Source: Candidatus Binatia bacterium
GTDB lineage: Bacteria; Desulfobacterota; Binatia; HRBIN30
DNA length: 64,000 bases
Reading direction: 5' to 3'
NCBI GenBank assembly: GCA_038245295.1
Contig: JBBRSP010000025.1
Location: 20,562-84,561 of the forward strand
The translations under genes and the position numbers were made by a program. How positions within the stretch are numbered: the first letter of the stretch is position 1; every line of letters begins with the position of its first letter. Of the stretch, positions 17,935-27,226 are shown one piece after another. The notes under the pieces were generated by a model. It worked only from the letters and a program-made list of their open reading frames with translations, did not search any database and was not told where the DNA came from.

Positions 17935-19581
17935 TCAGTGCACGTTGAAATCCACCGACGCGGTGGCCGTGTAGCCATTGTTGGGCAGGTAATAGGCGAT
18001 GTAGCCGCCCGGGGCGAGAGGCCAACCTTTGCCCGCCGCAACCTTGGTCATGTCGAGGCTCACCGTCCCCGTTGCGGGAGCTGTGGTGCCGGCCTGCGTG
18101 CCACCGATATAACTCCACAAGAGGGTCGCCTCCGCGCTCGGCAACGTCGCTCCTGACGGCGGGTACGTGTACACCGCGATCTTGTCGCGCGGATTGGTGC
18201 CGGGCCCATGGCTGAACGTCACCTGGATCGGGTCTCCGGCGAGATAGTTCGGCTTGTCGAGAGACAGCACCAACTCCTGGCAACCGCCGCTACCTGCTTC
18301 GGGAGCCGCCGGTGGAGTGAGCAGTTGCGGTGATTGGAAATCGAACATGTCGAGCATCGCATCGCTGTTGGCATCACGTGCCGTCAGCGCCGGCAGATCG
18401 AACAGAGTCTCCAGAAACCGGGGGATCGACGTGTGATCCTGTACCACGTGCGAGACGTAGTGCGTGCGGGCCCAGGGAGAAATCACTACGAGCGGCACAC
18501 GCACACCGGCCTCGAAGAAATCGGCATCCTGAGGACGCGCTATACACACGTGGGCTGGTGGCGGCACGTGATCGAAGAAGCCGCCGGCTTCGTCGTAGGT
18601 CCAGATGAGCGCCATGTCGTTCCAGTATCGGCTGGCGCGCGCGTGTTCGTAGACATTACGGGTCCACTCTTCGCCGCGCTGCATATCACCGGTTGGGTGC
18701 TCGTCCTCGACGTTGTCGATGCCATCGACGAAGGTAACCTGCGGCAGTCGGCCGCCATCGAGCGCGCTGATGAAGTCAGCGAAGTGGCCGGTGTTCTTGT
18801 GGCTGTAGTCCCAATTGAGCGTTTCAGAGAGCAGACCGCCGTCGCTGTAGACGCCCCAGGTGACGCCGGCCTTGTCGAAGGCATCAAAGATCGTCGGTGT
18901 CTCCGGCTTCGGGTAACCGTCGCCGGTCGCCGTTACTCCATCGGAGGTGCCAAGCAGCAGGTAGTCGCGATTCGGGAAGGTACCGCTGGCGACCGACGGG
19001 AAGTGACGATCATTCAGGGCAAAGGTAGAAGCCAACCAATAGTAAAAGGGAATGTCGGACTTTTCGTAGTAACTCATCACAAAGCTGCCATCGCCGGTGG
19101 TGCTGAGTTTGCCGTTCAAGACGAAGCCGTCCATGAGTCCGTTGTTGATCGACAGATGCATGGACGCCCACTGATGGCCCGGATCCTGGGTCCAACAGGT
19201 CGTAGGGGCACGGAATGGTGCGACGAACTTATTGTGAGCGCTGGAGGTTGGATTCTGAAAGTCAGCTGGGATCGCATCGGTTCCCGGCTGCCCTTGCTCG
19301 TGCAATTTACCGAGGACATGGTCGAAGGAGCGGTTCTCCTTCATCAAGATCACCACATGTTTGATCGGAATGTTGGCACGCGCCGCCTCGCTGATCCCAA
19401 GGGTGTCTGTGACCTTCGCACCACCGGTGAACGTGCAGGCCTCGCGCGCCGCCTGAAAGCGTGGATCAGTCGGCGCTGAGGCATCGGCGGTCGGCGTGTG
19501 GGACTCGCCGTCGTCACCGCAACCACCCAAGGAGAGAATCACCAGAACCAGGGGCAGTGATCGACGTAGAAGCTTTCCCAT
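17935..19581 (-). CDS. Phosphoesterase family lipoprotein (non-specific phospholipase C / acid phosphatase AcpA type)
   Basis: IKHVVILMKENRSFDH, DPGH, TFPNR, DEHP, TYDEAGGFFDHVPPP, GVRVP, DHTSI. Confidence 0.92.
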   Translation of the reverse strand: MGKLLRRSLPLVLVILSLGGCGDDGESHTPTADASAPTDPRFQAAREACTFTGGAKVTDTLGISEAARANIPIKHVVILMKENRSFDHVLGKLHEQGQPGTDAIPADFQNPTSSAHNKFVAPFRAPTTCWTQDPGHQWASMHLSINNGLMDGFVLNGKLSTTGDGSFVMSYYEKSDIPFYYWLASTFALNDRHFPSVASGTFPNRDYLLLGTSDGVTATGDGYPKPETPTIFDAFDKAGVTWGVYSDGGLLSETLNWDYSHKNTGHFADFISALDGGRLPQVTFVDGIDNVEDEHPTGDMQRGEEWTRNVYEHARASRYWNDMALIWTYDEAGGFFDHVPPPAHVCIARPQDADFFEAGVRVPLVVISPWARTHYVSHVVQDHTSIPRFLETLFDLPALTARDANSDAMLDMFDFQSPQLLTPPAAPEAGSGGCQELVLSLDKPNYLAGDPIQVTFSHGPGTNPRDKIAVYTYPPSGATLPSAEATLLWSYIGGTQAGTTAPATGTVSLDMTKVAAGKGWPLAPGGYIAYYLPNNGYTATASVDFNVH

Positions 19582-19671
19582 GGGCGCATACCGTAACATC
19601 TTGCCCCCGCCGCTGAGTGAACTCTCGATGAATCTTTGGCGAAGCCTCTTGGCCGCGTCTCCAACCGTCCG

Positions 19672-20244
19672 TTACGAAGGCCACTCGCAGGGAAACCCTC
19701 CGTGGACATGCGCTTCGAGGTAGGCGCCGACGACGTAGTAGAACGTCTCGAGCGCCGGCAGTACGTACCAGTCCTGTTGCGGGAATCGCATCGCTAGGAA
19801 GAATCCCCAGATGGACAAGACGGCGCCGACGTACTGCGGATGCTTGAGGACGTTGAACGGGAAGGCCTCACACCACGGCACACGGTGACCGAAGCGGTTG
19901 CCATAGAAAACACCGACCTTGCCGAGCCGGCGAAAGACGATGAGGTTTAGCGACTGCCCGATAGCCAGGAGAACGCCCGCCAAGACAAACACCACGCCTT
20001 GCTGCGACGGCGGCCACAACACCCCGGCGCCATGGAACCAACACCACGCGACGAAGACGCCGAACTGTAATACTTTGAAGAAGCCGAACAGCTTTTCGAG
20101 AGCGTCGACGGGATCCGTCAAGCCAGCGATCGACCAACGTCCGCACCAGGAGGCGAACTGGCGTGGCCGATACCAGACGGCCACATAGGCAATACGCTCG
20201 AGGCTGAGCAACCCGGCAACCACAAGGAGACTCTGGAAGCTCAT
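19672..20244 (-). CDS. Phospholipid N-methyltransferase (PEMT/PLMT family)
   Basis: GQSLN...LGKVGVFYGNRFG...PW...FPF...HPQYVGAVLS; multi-TM. Confidence 0.82.
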   Translation of the reverse strand: MSFQSLLVVAGLLSLERIAYVAVWYRPRQFASWCGRWSIAGLTDPVDALEKLFGFFKVLQFGVFVAWCWFHGAGVLWPPSQQGVVFVLAGVLLAIGQSLNLIVFRRLGKVGVFYGNRFGHRVPWCEAFPFNVLKHPQYVGAVLSIWGFFLAMRFPQQDWYVLPALETFYYVVGAYLEAHVHGGFPCEWPS

Positions 20245-20478
20245 CGATCAATGCCCTCCATGACGCGGGATGCGTCAACACCACCATTCCATCCGCAAGA
20301 AATGTTATCTGCCGACGATGACACGGCGGCGACCGCAGATTGATGGTACCGCTACAGGATGATGTTCGTGCCGCAACAGCGGCGTGACGGGAGTGTTGCG
20401 GCATTAGACTGATATGATTTCGCTCCTCGCGTCCCGGCCGTTGGCCGGAACCAACTCAGGCCAACCAGCCCTACCTCC

Positions 20479-20557
20479 GTCATTCCGGCGAAAGCCGGGA
20501 TCTCCCAAGCATTCCGCAGCTTCCAATCGAGGAGATCCCGGCTTTCGCCGGGATGAC
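20479..20557. repeat. REP/palindromic element doublet
   Basis: GTCATTCCGGCGAAAGCCGGGATCTCC ... GGAGATCCCGGCTTTCGCCGGGATGAC, 27-bp inverted pair with 1 mismatch. Confidence 0.85.
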
Positions 20558-20625
20558 AGGTCGGGGTGACAAAATACGGCACCGAGAAAATCTTCGCCCG
20601 CCGACAAGATTTGGAACGTTTGCAA

Positions 20626-20765
20626 CGCAGATGAACGCGGACCGAACCGGAGCAAAGGGGAGCACCCAACAAGCCCGCTCTTAATAGACGGCACCGTGCA
20701 CGGAGGAGAGGCACGACCGACTACGTTCGATCACCTGGTTGTCGCACTATCCGCGTTCATCTGCG
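20626..20765. repeat. 16-bp perfect inverted repeat pair
   Basis: CGCAGATGAACGCGGA (20626-20641) / TCCGCGTTCATCTGCG (20750-20765). Confidence 0.7.
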
Positions 20766-20897
20766 GATAACACGCCCGACTGTTCGGGCTCCGCAGGGCT
20801 CAGGGGGTCTCCGGTCTGCGACCTATGTTGGGTTTCGGGCAAAGCTCGCGTTGTGGTCTTTGTAGGACTGACGTTCGAAATCGCTTCCAATGTGGTT

Positions 20898-21434
20898 TCA
20901 GCTCGCCTCGACGAAACATCTGCGGAGGAGCGCCTCGGTGCGGGTGCGCGCCTCAGCATCGATGTTGGGTACGGCATCGAGCCGCTGCAGCAGAATTTCT
21001 TGGCTCGCCAGTCGGTGCCCAATAGCAGTGCGCAGGAACGCGATATCCTTGGGGCGGCCGGCGATCGCCTTCGCGATCAAGAGGTCATGAATCTCGAGGC
21101 AGAGGCCGGTAATGCCGCGTGTGTTTGCGTTGTTGATCCTGATCAGCCTGTCGTGCCAACCGCTGGGCAGCACGGCGGTCGCCTCGCCAACTCCTTGGGC
21201 GTAGTAGCCGAACGTCTCATGGAACGGAGATAACTCGCCGATTGTCCCGTCGATCAGGTCGGCGCGTTCCGGATGTTGCCGCGGATACACGTCGGCTTCG
21301 GCTGACACGCACAGATCCTTCGGTGCGTCGGGAAACTGCCCAAGGATCGACTGGCTGCCGACGACGACGATCTCGTCGCAATCAGCAATCTCGCCAGCGG
21401 CGCGCAGGATATGCTCGAGATCGCTTCGTTTCAC
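20898..21434 (-). CDS. Nucleotidyltransferase-fold protein (DUF6036-like)
   Basis: VVVGSQSI...SAEADVY, DLLIAKAIAGRPKD; GTG start overlaps the upstream TGA. Confidence 0.8.
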   Translation of the reverse strand: MKRSDLEHILRAAGEIADCDEIVVVGSQSILGQFPDAPKDLCVSAEADVYPRQHPERADLIDGTIGELSPFHETFGYYAQGVGEATAVLPSGWHDRLIRINNANTRGITGLCLEIHDLLIAKAIAGRPKDIAFLRTAIGHRLASQEILLQRLDAVPNIDAEARTRTEALLRRCFVEAS

Positions 21435-21769
21435 ACGGACCTCCGCCATCGCTCGCCGACTTCGCCCCAGACCGTCCAACGCTCTCGCGGCGACAACACG
21501 CCGGCGAACGGAGTCGATTGGCGCAGTTCGTCCCCCAGGGGTGAACGTTCCACCAGAAACGTCGCGATGGCCGGCAAAGGCCGCTGGAGGATCTCCTGCC
21601 ACTTTAGGGCGTAGCGCGGGGCTGGGGTGGTGCCGCGCACCCATGCGTCGATCCGCTCGCGAGCCCGATCGAGAACTGCCGAATCCTGCAACAGGCGCTC
21701 GGCAACAATCTGATGGTAGGCGACGCTGCGCTCCTCGGCGAGCCGATGGGCGTCGATGGCAACCGGCAT
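21431..21769 (-). CDS. Small helical protein coupled to the nucleotidyltransferase (putative antitoxin)
   Basis: EERSVAYHQIVAERL...LRQSTPFAGVLSPRER; GGAG RBS; GTGA overlap. Confidence 0.7.
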   Translation of the reverse strand: MPVAIDAHRLAEERSVAYHQIVAERLLQDSAVLDRARERIDAWVRGTTPAPRYALKWQEILQRPLPAIATFLVERSPLGDELRQSTPFAGVLSPRERWTVWGEVGERWRRSV

Positions 21770-21938
21770 AGTGCTGCATCCTACTCCAGGCGACGTTGCC
21801 GCTCCACCCGTCACATCACGTTTCACCCCCCGGGAGTTCCTCTCCCGCTTTGGTCCTTTGTGAACATTTGGTTTCCCGCTGCCCATTCGGGCGGAACCCA
21901 GGCTATGGATGGGCGTCGGATCGACGCGGCCGACTTCC

Positions 21939-23234
21939 ATGAAACGGCGACAAGTCTGGCAGGCTCTGACCGTCTCCCTCCTGGTGACCGGCTACTCCGG
22001 GTACTACCTGTGCCGCTCGAATCTCTCCGTTGCGATGCCGTTGATCCTCGATGAGTTGGTGGCGCAGGGGTGGACGCGCGAGGTGGCGACCGTGCGTCTG
22101 GGCTCGCTGGTCTCTGTGGGAACCCTGGCATACGCGCTCGGCAAGTTCGTCAGCGGCATGCTTGCCGACCGGTTCGGCGGACGCACCAACTTCCTCGGCG
22201 GCATGCTCGGTTCGGTCGTCATGACCGTTCTCTTCGCACTCGGCGGCGGCTTTCCCTTGTTCACGACCGCGTGGATCCTCAACCGCTTCGTGCAGTCGCT
22301 CGGCTGGGTCGGCATGGTGAAACTCACGTCGCGCTGGTTCAGCTACTCGTCCTACGGCGCCGCCATGGGTGTCATCAGCCTGAGCTACCTGTTCGGCGAC
22401 GCCCTGGCGCGTCGCTTCATGGGCGATCTGATCAACGCCGGATATGGTTGGCGCGGCGTGTTCGCGATTGCGGCCGGCACACTGGGCTCGATTTTCCTCG
22501 TTGCGTTGGCGCTCTTGCGTGAGTCACCCGCGGCCATCGGCGAAGCGGAAGGTGAGGCAAGCCCACATGCGCTGGCGGTGCCGTTCGAGGAGCATGCATC
22601 CGACGGATGGCGGGCGTCGCTGCGGCCTCTGCTGCGACATCCCACATTCCTCTCGATCTGCTTGCTATCGCTGGCCCTGACGATCGTGCGCGAAACGTTC
22701 AACACCTGGACCCCAACGTATTTTCGCGACGGACTTGGATACACGGCAGCCGCGGCGGCCAACGCCAGCGCCTGGTTTCCGCTTGCCGGCGGCATATCGG
22801 TTCTGCTCGCGGGGTATGCGTCGGACCGTCTAGGCGGGCGCGGACGCGCCATCATCATCACTTTCGGCCTGGCAACGGCAACTGTCGCCTTGCTGCTGCT
22901 GGGCAGCACCGAGGCCGCGGGCCTGGCGGTCTCGCCCGTGCTGTTGGTCGCAACAATCGCCTTCCTGTTACTCGGCCCCTACTCCTACCTGGCCGGCGCG
23001 ATCGCCCTCGATCTCGGCGGCAAACGCAGCGCCGCCTCGGCCGCCGGGTTCATCGATGGCGTCGGGTATCTCGGCGGGATGCTCGCCGGCGACACGATGG
23101 CGCGTATTGGCGTGGGCTTTGGTTGGCAAGGCGTATTCCGAACCCTGGCGCTCCTGACCGCGGCGGGTGCGGTAGCCGGGGGCTTCTATCTGCGCAGCGT
23201 CAACGAGGCGGCACCGTCTTCGCCCCCACATTGA
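21939..23234 (+). CDS. MFS transporter, organophosphate:Pi antiporter (GlpT/UhpT-like) family
   Basis: YSGYYLCRSNLSVAMP, YALGKFVSGMLADR, AAGFIDGVGYLG. Confidence 0.85.
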   Translation: MKRRQVWQALTVSLLVTGYSGYYLCRSNLSVAMPLILDELVAQGWTREVATVRLGSLVSVGTLAYALGKFVSGMLADRFGGRTNFLGGMLGSVVMTVLFALGGGFPLFTTAWILNRFVQSLGWVGMVKLTSRWFSYSSYGAAMGVISLSYLFGDALARRFMGDLINAGYGWRGVFAIAAGTLGSIFLVALALLRESPAAIGEAEGEASPHALAVPFEEHASDGWRASLRPLLRHPTFLSICLLSLALTIVRETFNTWTPTYFRDGLGYTAAAAANASAWFPLAGGISVLLAGYASDRLGGRGRAIIITFGLATATVALLLLGSTEAAGLAVSPVLLVATIAFLLLGPYSYLAGAIALDLGGKRSAASAAGFIDGVGYLGGMLAGDTMARIGVGFGWQGVFRTLALLTAAGAVAGGFYLRSVNEAAPSSPPH

Positions 23235-24288
23235 GAGCGACACGGTAGGCCGTCATGTCGATGCCCTGGGCGGCATAACGCGCCGCCACGGCGTCGATGG
23301 TTTCGACAGTCCAGTAGGCGTGGCCGGGGGGCGGGAAGCCGAGGACTGTGCGCTGCTCAACGGAAGCATCGGCGATGAGCCGCTCCATCACTCGAGACGG
23401 CCGATACATGGCCCATGCCCAGCCCGGGCTGAGAGTGCTGATCCATTCACTCTCCGCCTTTCGGAACGTCATATTCATCGTCAGTCGCAGCGCCCCGAGG
23501 TCGATCGGCGTGCCGCGATGCCAGATGTCGTGGCGATAAAAAAGAACGCTGCCGTTGCGGTACTTCACCGGACGCTCGCGCCGATACAGATGCGTGGCGC
23601 GCCACGCGGCCACCGCCGGCGCTCGTTCGGCCAGAGTCGCCTCGGCCGTGGCGCGGTCATTGATCCACTCATGCTCGCCGACGCCAGGCATGTTTACCAT
23701 CGGCCAGGCGTACGCCGGGTCGTCGTCGCCGCGACGCGGAACCACCGCAGTGGCCCCACCGCACGATTCGACGTCACTCAGGTAGAGGAGAATCTCGACA
23801 GCTTCGGGCCGCTCCCACGGCGGCGGATGTGTCAGATAGTGGTTCGGATAGTCGAGGTGCATGCGCTGGTCGGCGTTGTCGCCACTGCCTCCGGTGCGCT
23901 CGTGCCGGCCATACTTCGGCCACAGGTCGGACTGCGTCAGCCGCAGCCGCCGCACATCGACGTCGAGCAACTGCGCTACGGCGCGCAGCAGCCGCGGATG
24001 TAGGGTTAGCGCGTTGGCGGCGGCGCTCTCCGACGGGAACGCCATCTTCCCCGAACTTCCGAAATCGGTGACGTGCTCCGCCTCGCCGCTTCCAGCGTTC
24101 GGAAACAACGCCAATGAGTCGGCGCGCGCCTGGGCCAGGAGCTCCGCCGGCAACACCCCGTCGACAAACGCGAAGCCGTGGCGGCGCCATGAGGCCACCT
24201 GGCCCGATGTCAGTACTCCCCCTGCGCCACTGGTCTCAGGCAGACAGGGAGCTGGATCTATCCAATTGCGCGAGGGCGAAATGTCCAT
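23200..24288 (-). CDS. Phytanoyl-CoA dioxygenase (PhyH) family Fe(II)/2-oxoglutarate enzyme
   Basis: HLD motif (QRMHLDYPNH), LLYLSDV...GGATAVVP, DIWHRGT. Confidence 0.82.
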   Translation of the reverse strand: MDISPSRNWIDPAPCLPETSGAGGVLTSGQVASWRRHGFAFVDGVLPAELLAQARADSLALFPNAGSGEAEHVTDFGSSGKMAFPSESAAANALTLHPRLLRAVAQLLDVDVRRLRLTQSDLWPKYGRHERTGGSGDNADQRMHLDYPNHYLTHPPPWERPEAVEILLYLSDVESCGGATAVVPRRGDDDPAYAWPMVNMPGVGEHEWINDRATAEATLAERAPAVAAWRATHLYRRERPVKYRNGSVLFYRHDIWHRGTPIDLGALRLTMNMTFRKAESEWISTLSPGWAWAMYRPSRVMERLIADASVEQRTVLGFPPPGHAYWTVETIDAVAARYAAQGIDMTAYRVALNVGAKTVPPR

Positions 24289-24326
24289 AACAGTGTCGTC
24301 ATTTGGCTGCTCCTTTCGATGGGTGA

Positions 24327-24382
24327 ACGGTAACACCCTCGGATGACAGCCAGGTGCGGACCGTGCGAACGCTGTGTGACGT
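24327..24382 (-). promoter_or_regulatory. Pho-box-like array plus -10 element upstream of the PhyH gene
   Basis: Minus strand GTCAC-n6-TTCGC-n6-CGCAC-n6-GTCAT, then 10 nt, then TACCGT. Confidence 0.55.
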
Positions 24383-24683
24383 GGGACGTACACGTCGCAC
24401 GCCGTCCTGCAACGGTCCAGCCACGCTATTGTCTTGATGAAAGACGCGTCAGCCCCCGAACGGAAAGCGCACAGCCGCAGGCTCATGCGGTACAGTTTCG
24501 CGCTTGCAAGCTCGACGGAACCGACAACGCTGGTTCGGGGGGCACCGCTGACATCATGGTCGCCGCCTGATGGTCATGTCGGTCACTGGACATACGATTC
24601 GCACGCGGCTTGCTGTTACCAAGTCCACCCCGCCATGGCGAGGTAGCCGGTATGCCTATCGCAAGAGTTCGCGGTTTCGAAAC

Positions 24684-25064
24684 CTAACTGTAATGTGCCT
24701 CCGTACTCAGCAACTCGACGATCGCGGCCACGTCAACCGGACCGTACGTGATGGCGTCGGCTCCCATGCGCAGGGCCAGGCGCTGCGCCGCCAATTCCTC
24801 CCAGACCAATCGTGCCACCAGGCGGACGTCGGCGCGCCGCATCCCTAGGCTCAGATGCAGATTGTGCAGAATCTCGTAACCATCCGCTCCGCAGAGCTCG
24901 AAGTCCAGAACCACGATCACGTAGTTCCTCATCTCAGCCCGCATCCAGGGATCCGGCGGCACGACCGCGACACCGCGAGTCCGGCCCAGCTGTGCGGCAA
25001 TGGTTGCGGTGATGTCTTCGCGACGCGATGGAGCCAAGCTTGTCACGTCATAACCCTCCTGCAC
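24684..25064 (-). CDS. Degenerate response-regulator receiver-like protein
   Basis: VVLDFELCGADGYEIL...ALRMGADAITYGPVD; lacks the N-terminal acidic pair and the conserved Lys. Confidence 0.55.
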   Translation of the reverse strand: MQEGYDVTSLAPSRREDITATIAAQLGRTRGVAVVPPDPWMRAEMRNYVIVVLDFELCGADGYEILHNLHLSLGMRRADVRLVARLVWEELAAQRLALRMGADAITYGPVDVAAIVELLSTEAHYS

Positions 25065-25212
25065 GCACTAATACTCACCGACGTTGACGCTACGATTGCA
25101 GGGGGATGAACCTGTGACACTAATGTCGCCGCCTACTCGCTCCATCGTTGCACGCCGTGTAGGAGCGAAGTGGGTGAACGGTGATGAATCACCACACCCC
25201 GAGGGAACGACC

Positions 25213-25644
25213 ATGAGAATCATGGGAAAGCGAAAGCGCATCGCGCTGATCGCACACGATAACCGGAAGGCAGACCTCCTCGACTGGGCGCGCTACAACC
25301 GCGACACCCTGGCGCGACACGATCTCTTCGCCACCGGCACCACCGGTGGATTGCTGGCGCGCGAGCTCGGCCTGGAGGTCACCCGCTACTTGAGCGGCCC
25401 TCTGGGTGGCGACCAGCAAGTCGGCGCCGGCATTGCCGAAGGTCGCATCGATATCGTCATCTTCTTCTGGGATCCGCTCGAGCCCCATCCACACGACGTC
25501 GATGTAAAGGCGCTATTGCGGATCGCCGTCGTCTACAACACGCCGATCGCGTGCAACCGCTCCACCGCCGACTTCGTCTTGTCGAATCCTCTCATGGACG
25601 AGGAGTACTCGCGTTGGATGTTTGATCAGACCAGCGGATCGTAG
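25213..25644 (+). CDS. mgsA: Methylglyoxal synthase
   Basis: IALIAHD, ATGTTG, SGPLGGDQQ, FFWDPL...HDVDVKALLR. Confidence 0.97.
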   Translation: MRIMGKRKRIALIAHDNRKADLLDWARYNRDTLARHDLFATGTTGGLLARELGLEVTRYLSGPLGGDQQVGAGIAEGRIDIVIFFWDPLEPHPHDVDVKALLRIAVVYNTPIACNRSTADFVLSNPLMDEEYSRWMFDQTSGS

Positions 25645-25707
25645 ATTCAGCGCGCCCCAAGACACAGATACGCTCCATCAACACGCAGTCAGACGACCCG
25701 AACCCGC

Positions 25708-25856
25708 CGCTCGCCCTGAGGAGCGGCCTCCTGAGGAGGCACCTTCCGTTGGTGCCGTCTCGAAGGCATTTTAGGCCGCGTCTCGAAGGGTACTCCGCCG
25801 GGCCCAAGCTTGCTTCTAGAGCCCTTCGAGACAGCCCCGAAAAAACGGGGCCTCCT
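25708..25856. repeat. Nested REP-like cluster (CCTGAGGAG...GTCTCGAAGG family)
   Basis: Outer CCTGAGGAGCGGCCT...AGGCCGCGTCTCGAAGGG encloses inner CCTGAGGAGGCACC...GGTGCCGTCTCGAAGG; inverted copy CCCTTCGAGAC at 25821. Confidence 0.7.
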
Positions 25857-25879
25857 GCCCATGAACCCCGGTTAATCGG

Positions 25880-25986
25880 TTCTCGTTCTGGATTCTGGGT
25901 TCGCGGTTCTCCATGCGTTCCGACTGCTCACAGGACTCACCGGCCCAACGCATCGAGAATGGAAAATCGAGAACCCAGAACGAGAA
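25880..25986. repeat. Inverted pair of heptamer tandem arrays
   Basis: TTCTCG TTCTGGA TTCTGGG TTCGCGG TTCTCCA ... TCGAGAA TGGAAAA TCGAGAA CCCAGAA CGAGAA. Confidence 0.7.
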
Positions 25987-26167
25987 GCGGCCATCCAAAC
26001 TCGATGAGCATCCGTTCAAGGACTCGCTAAGCCGGCTCTTCCGCCGGTCGGGTTCTCCGGGCGAACGGGCTTTGTTGCTCCACAGGTATGGAGCTTTGGT
26101 TCGTCGACCTACCCGGCGGTCCGGGGGCACTTCCATCGTGCGCCCAACTGGGCGAGAACAGCGAGCG

Positions 26168-27166
26168 ATGGCGGACCCAACAATCGACCTGCGCCCTTTC
26201 CTACGCGACGTGCAGACGATTGTTCAGCGCCACGAATTGTCGAGACCCGGCGCCTATTGCCGCTGGCTTGGTGAAGATCGTAGCCGCGAGTCCAACCCCT
26301 ACGGCTGCGCCGACGCCGCTAACCTTCTCTACACACTGGGTTCATTTCCGGAACGCACCGCGTGGGACGCGTGGACGGCGGAGTTGCAACGCTTCCAAGA
26401 TGCCGGAGACGGTCTCTTTCACGAATCAACCCACGATCCGCTGCACACGACGGCACACGTTGCCGGCGCGTTGCAACTGTTCGAGGCGCGGCCGGCGCAC
26501 CGCCTGGTGGCACTCGACCCGTGGAAGGAGCCTGCGGCCGTTGATCGCTTCCTCGGCCAATTGGATTGGAGCTGGAATCCATGGGGCGGGTCGCATCGCG
26601 GCGACGGACTGTTCGCCGCCCTGGTCCTCGCCGGAGAAGTCGGAGCAGATTGGGAGGAGCGCTACTTTTCCTGGCTGGCGAACGAAGCGGATCCACAGAC
26701 GGGATTCTGGCGACGCGGCCACGTCGCGGTCGGCGGTGAGGCGATTCTCTTCCATCACCTGGCCGGCTCGTTCCACTACCTGTTCAACCACGAATACCGC
26801 CGACGGCCGTTGCGCTACCCCGAGGCGATGCTCGACTCCTGCCTGCGCATCCGTCGCGACGGCCTGTTCCCGCCGCTCGGTTTGACTGTCGGGTTCGCCG
26901 AGCTCGACTGGATCTACTGCGTACACCGCGCGGCACGACAGTGCCCGACGCGTTTACACGAGGCGCGCCACGCGCTCGCTCAATTCGCCAGTGCCTACAC
27001 ATCCTACCTCTTCACGCTCGATGCCTGCGATGATCCCGGTCTGAACGACTTGCACCAGCTTCTCGGCGCTGTCAGCGCTCTTGCGGAGCTGCAGCAGGTG
27101 CTACCGGACCTCCTGCGCTCGGAGCAGCCGCTGCGCCTTGTACTCGATCGGCGGCCATTCGCTTGA
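26168..27166 (+). CDS. Hypothetical protein, probable alpha/alpha-barrel (prenyltransferase-like repeats)
   Basis: LQRFQDAGDGLF and LANEADPQTGFW QW-like repeats. Confidence 0.6.
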   Translation: MADPTIDLRPFLRDVQTIVQRHELSRPGAYCRWLGEDRSRESNPYGCADAANLLYTLGSFPERTAWDAWTAELQRFQDAGDGLFHESTHDPLHTTAHVAGALQLFEARPAHRLVALDPWKEPAAVDRFLGQLDWSWNPWGGSHRGDGLFAALVLAGEVGADWEERYFSWLANEADPQTGFWRRGHVAVGGEAILFHHLAGSFHYLFNHEYRRRPLRYPEAMLDSCLRIRRDGLFPPLGLTVGFAELDWIYCVHRAARQCPTRLHEARHALAQFASAYTSYLFTLDACDDPGLNDLHQLLGAVSALAELQQVLPDLLRSEQPLRLVLDRRPFA

Positions 27167-27226
27167 GTCAGATTGGGCGCGGCACGAGCGGGATCAGACG
27201 GGCATGATGAAGCAAGGTGCGATCCT

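Noticed and set aside
21810..21826. GTCAC...TTCAC upstream of the MFS transporter as a Pho box
   Set aside because: 12-bp spacing and only two units
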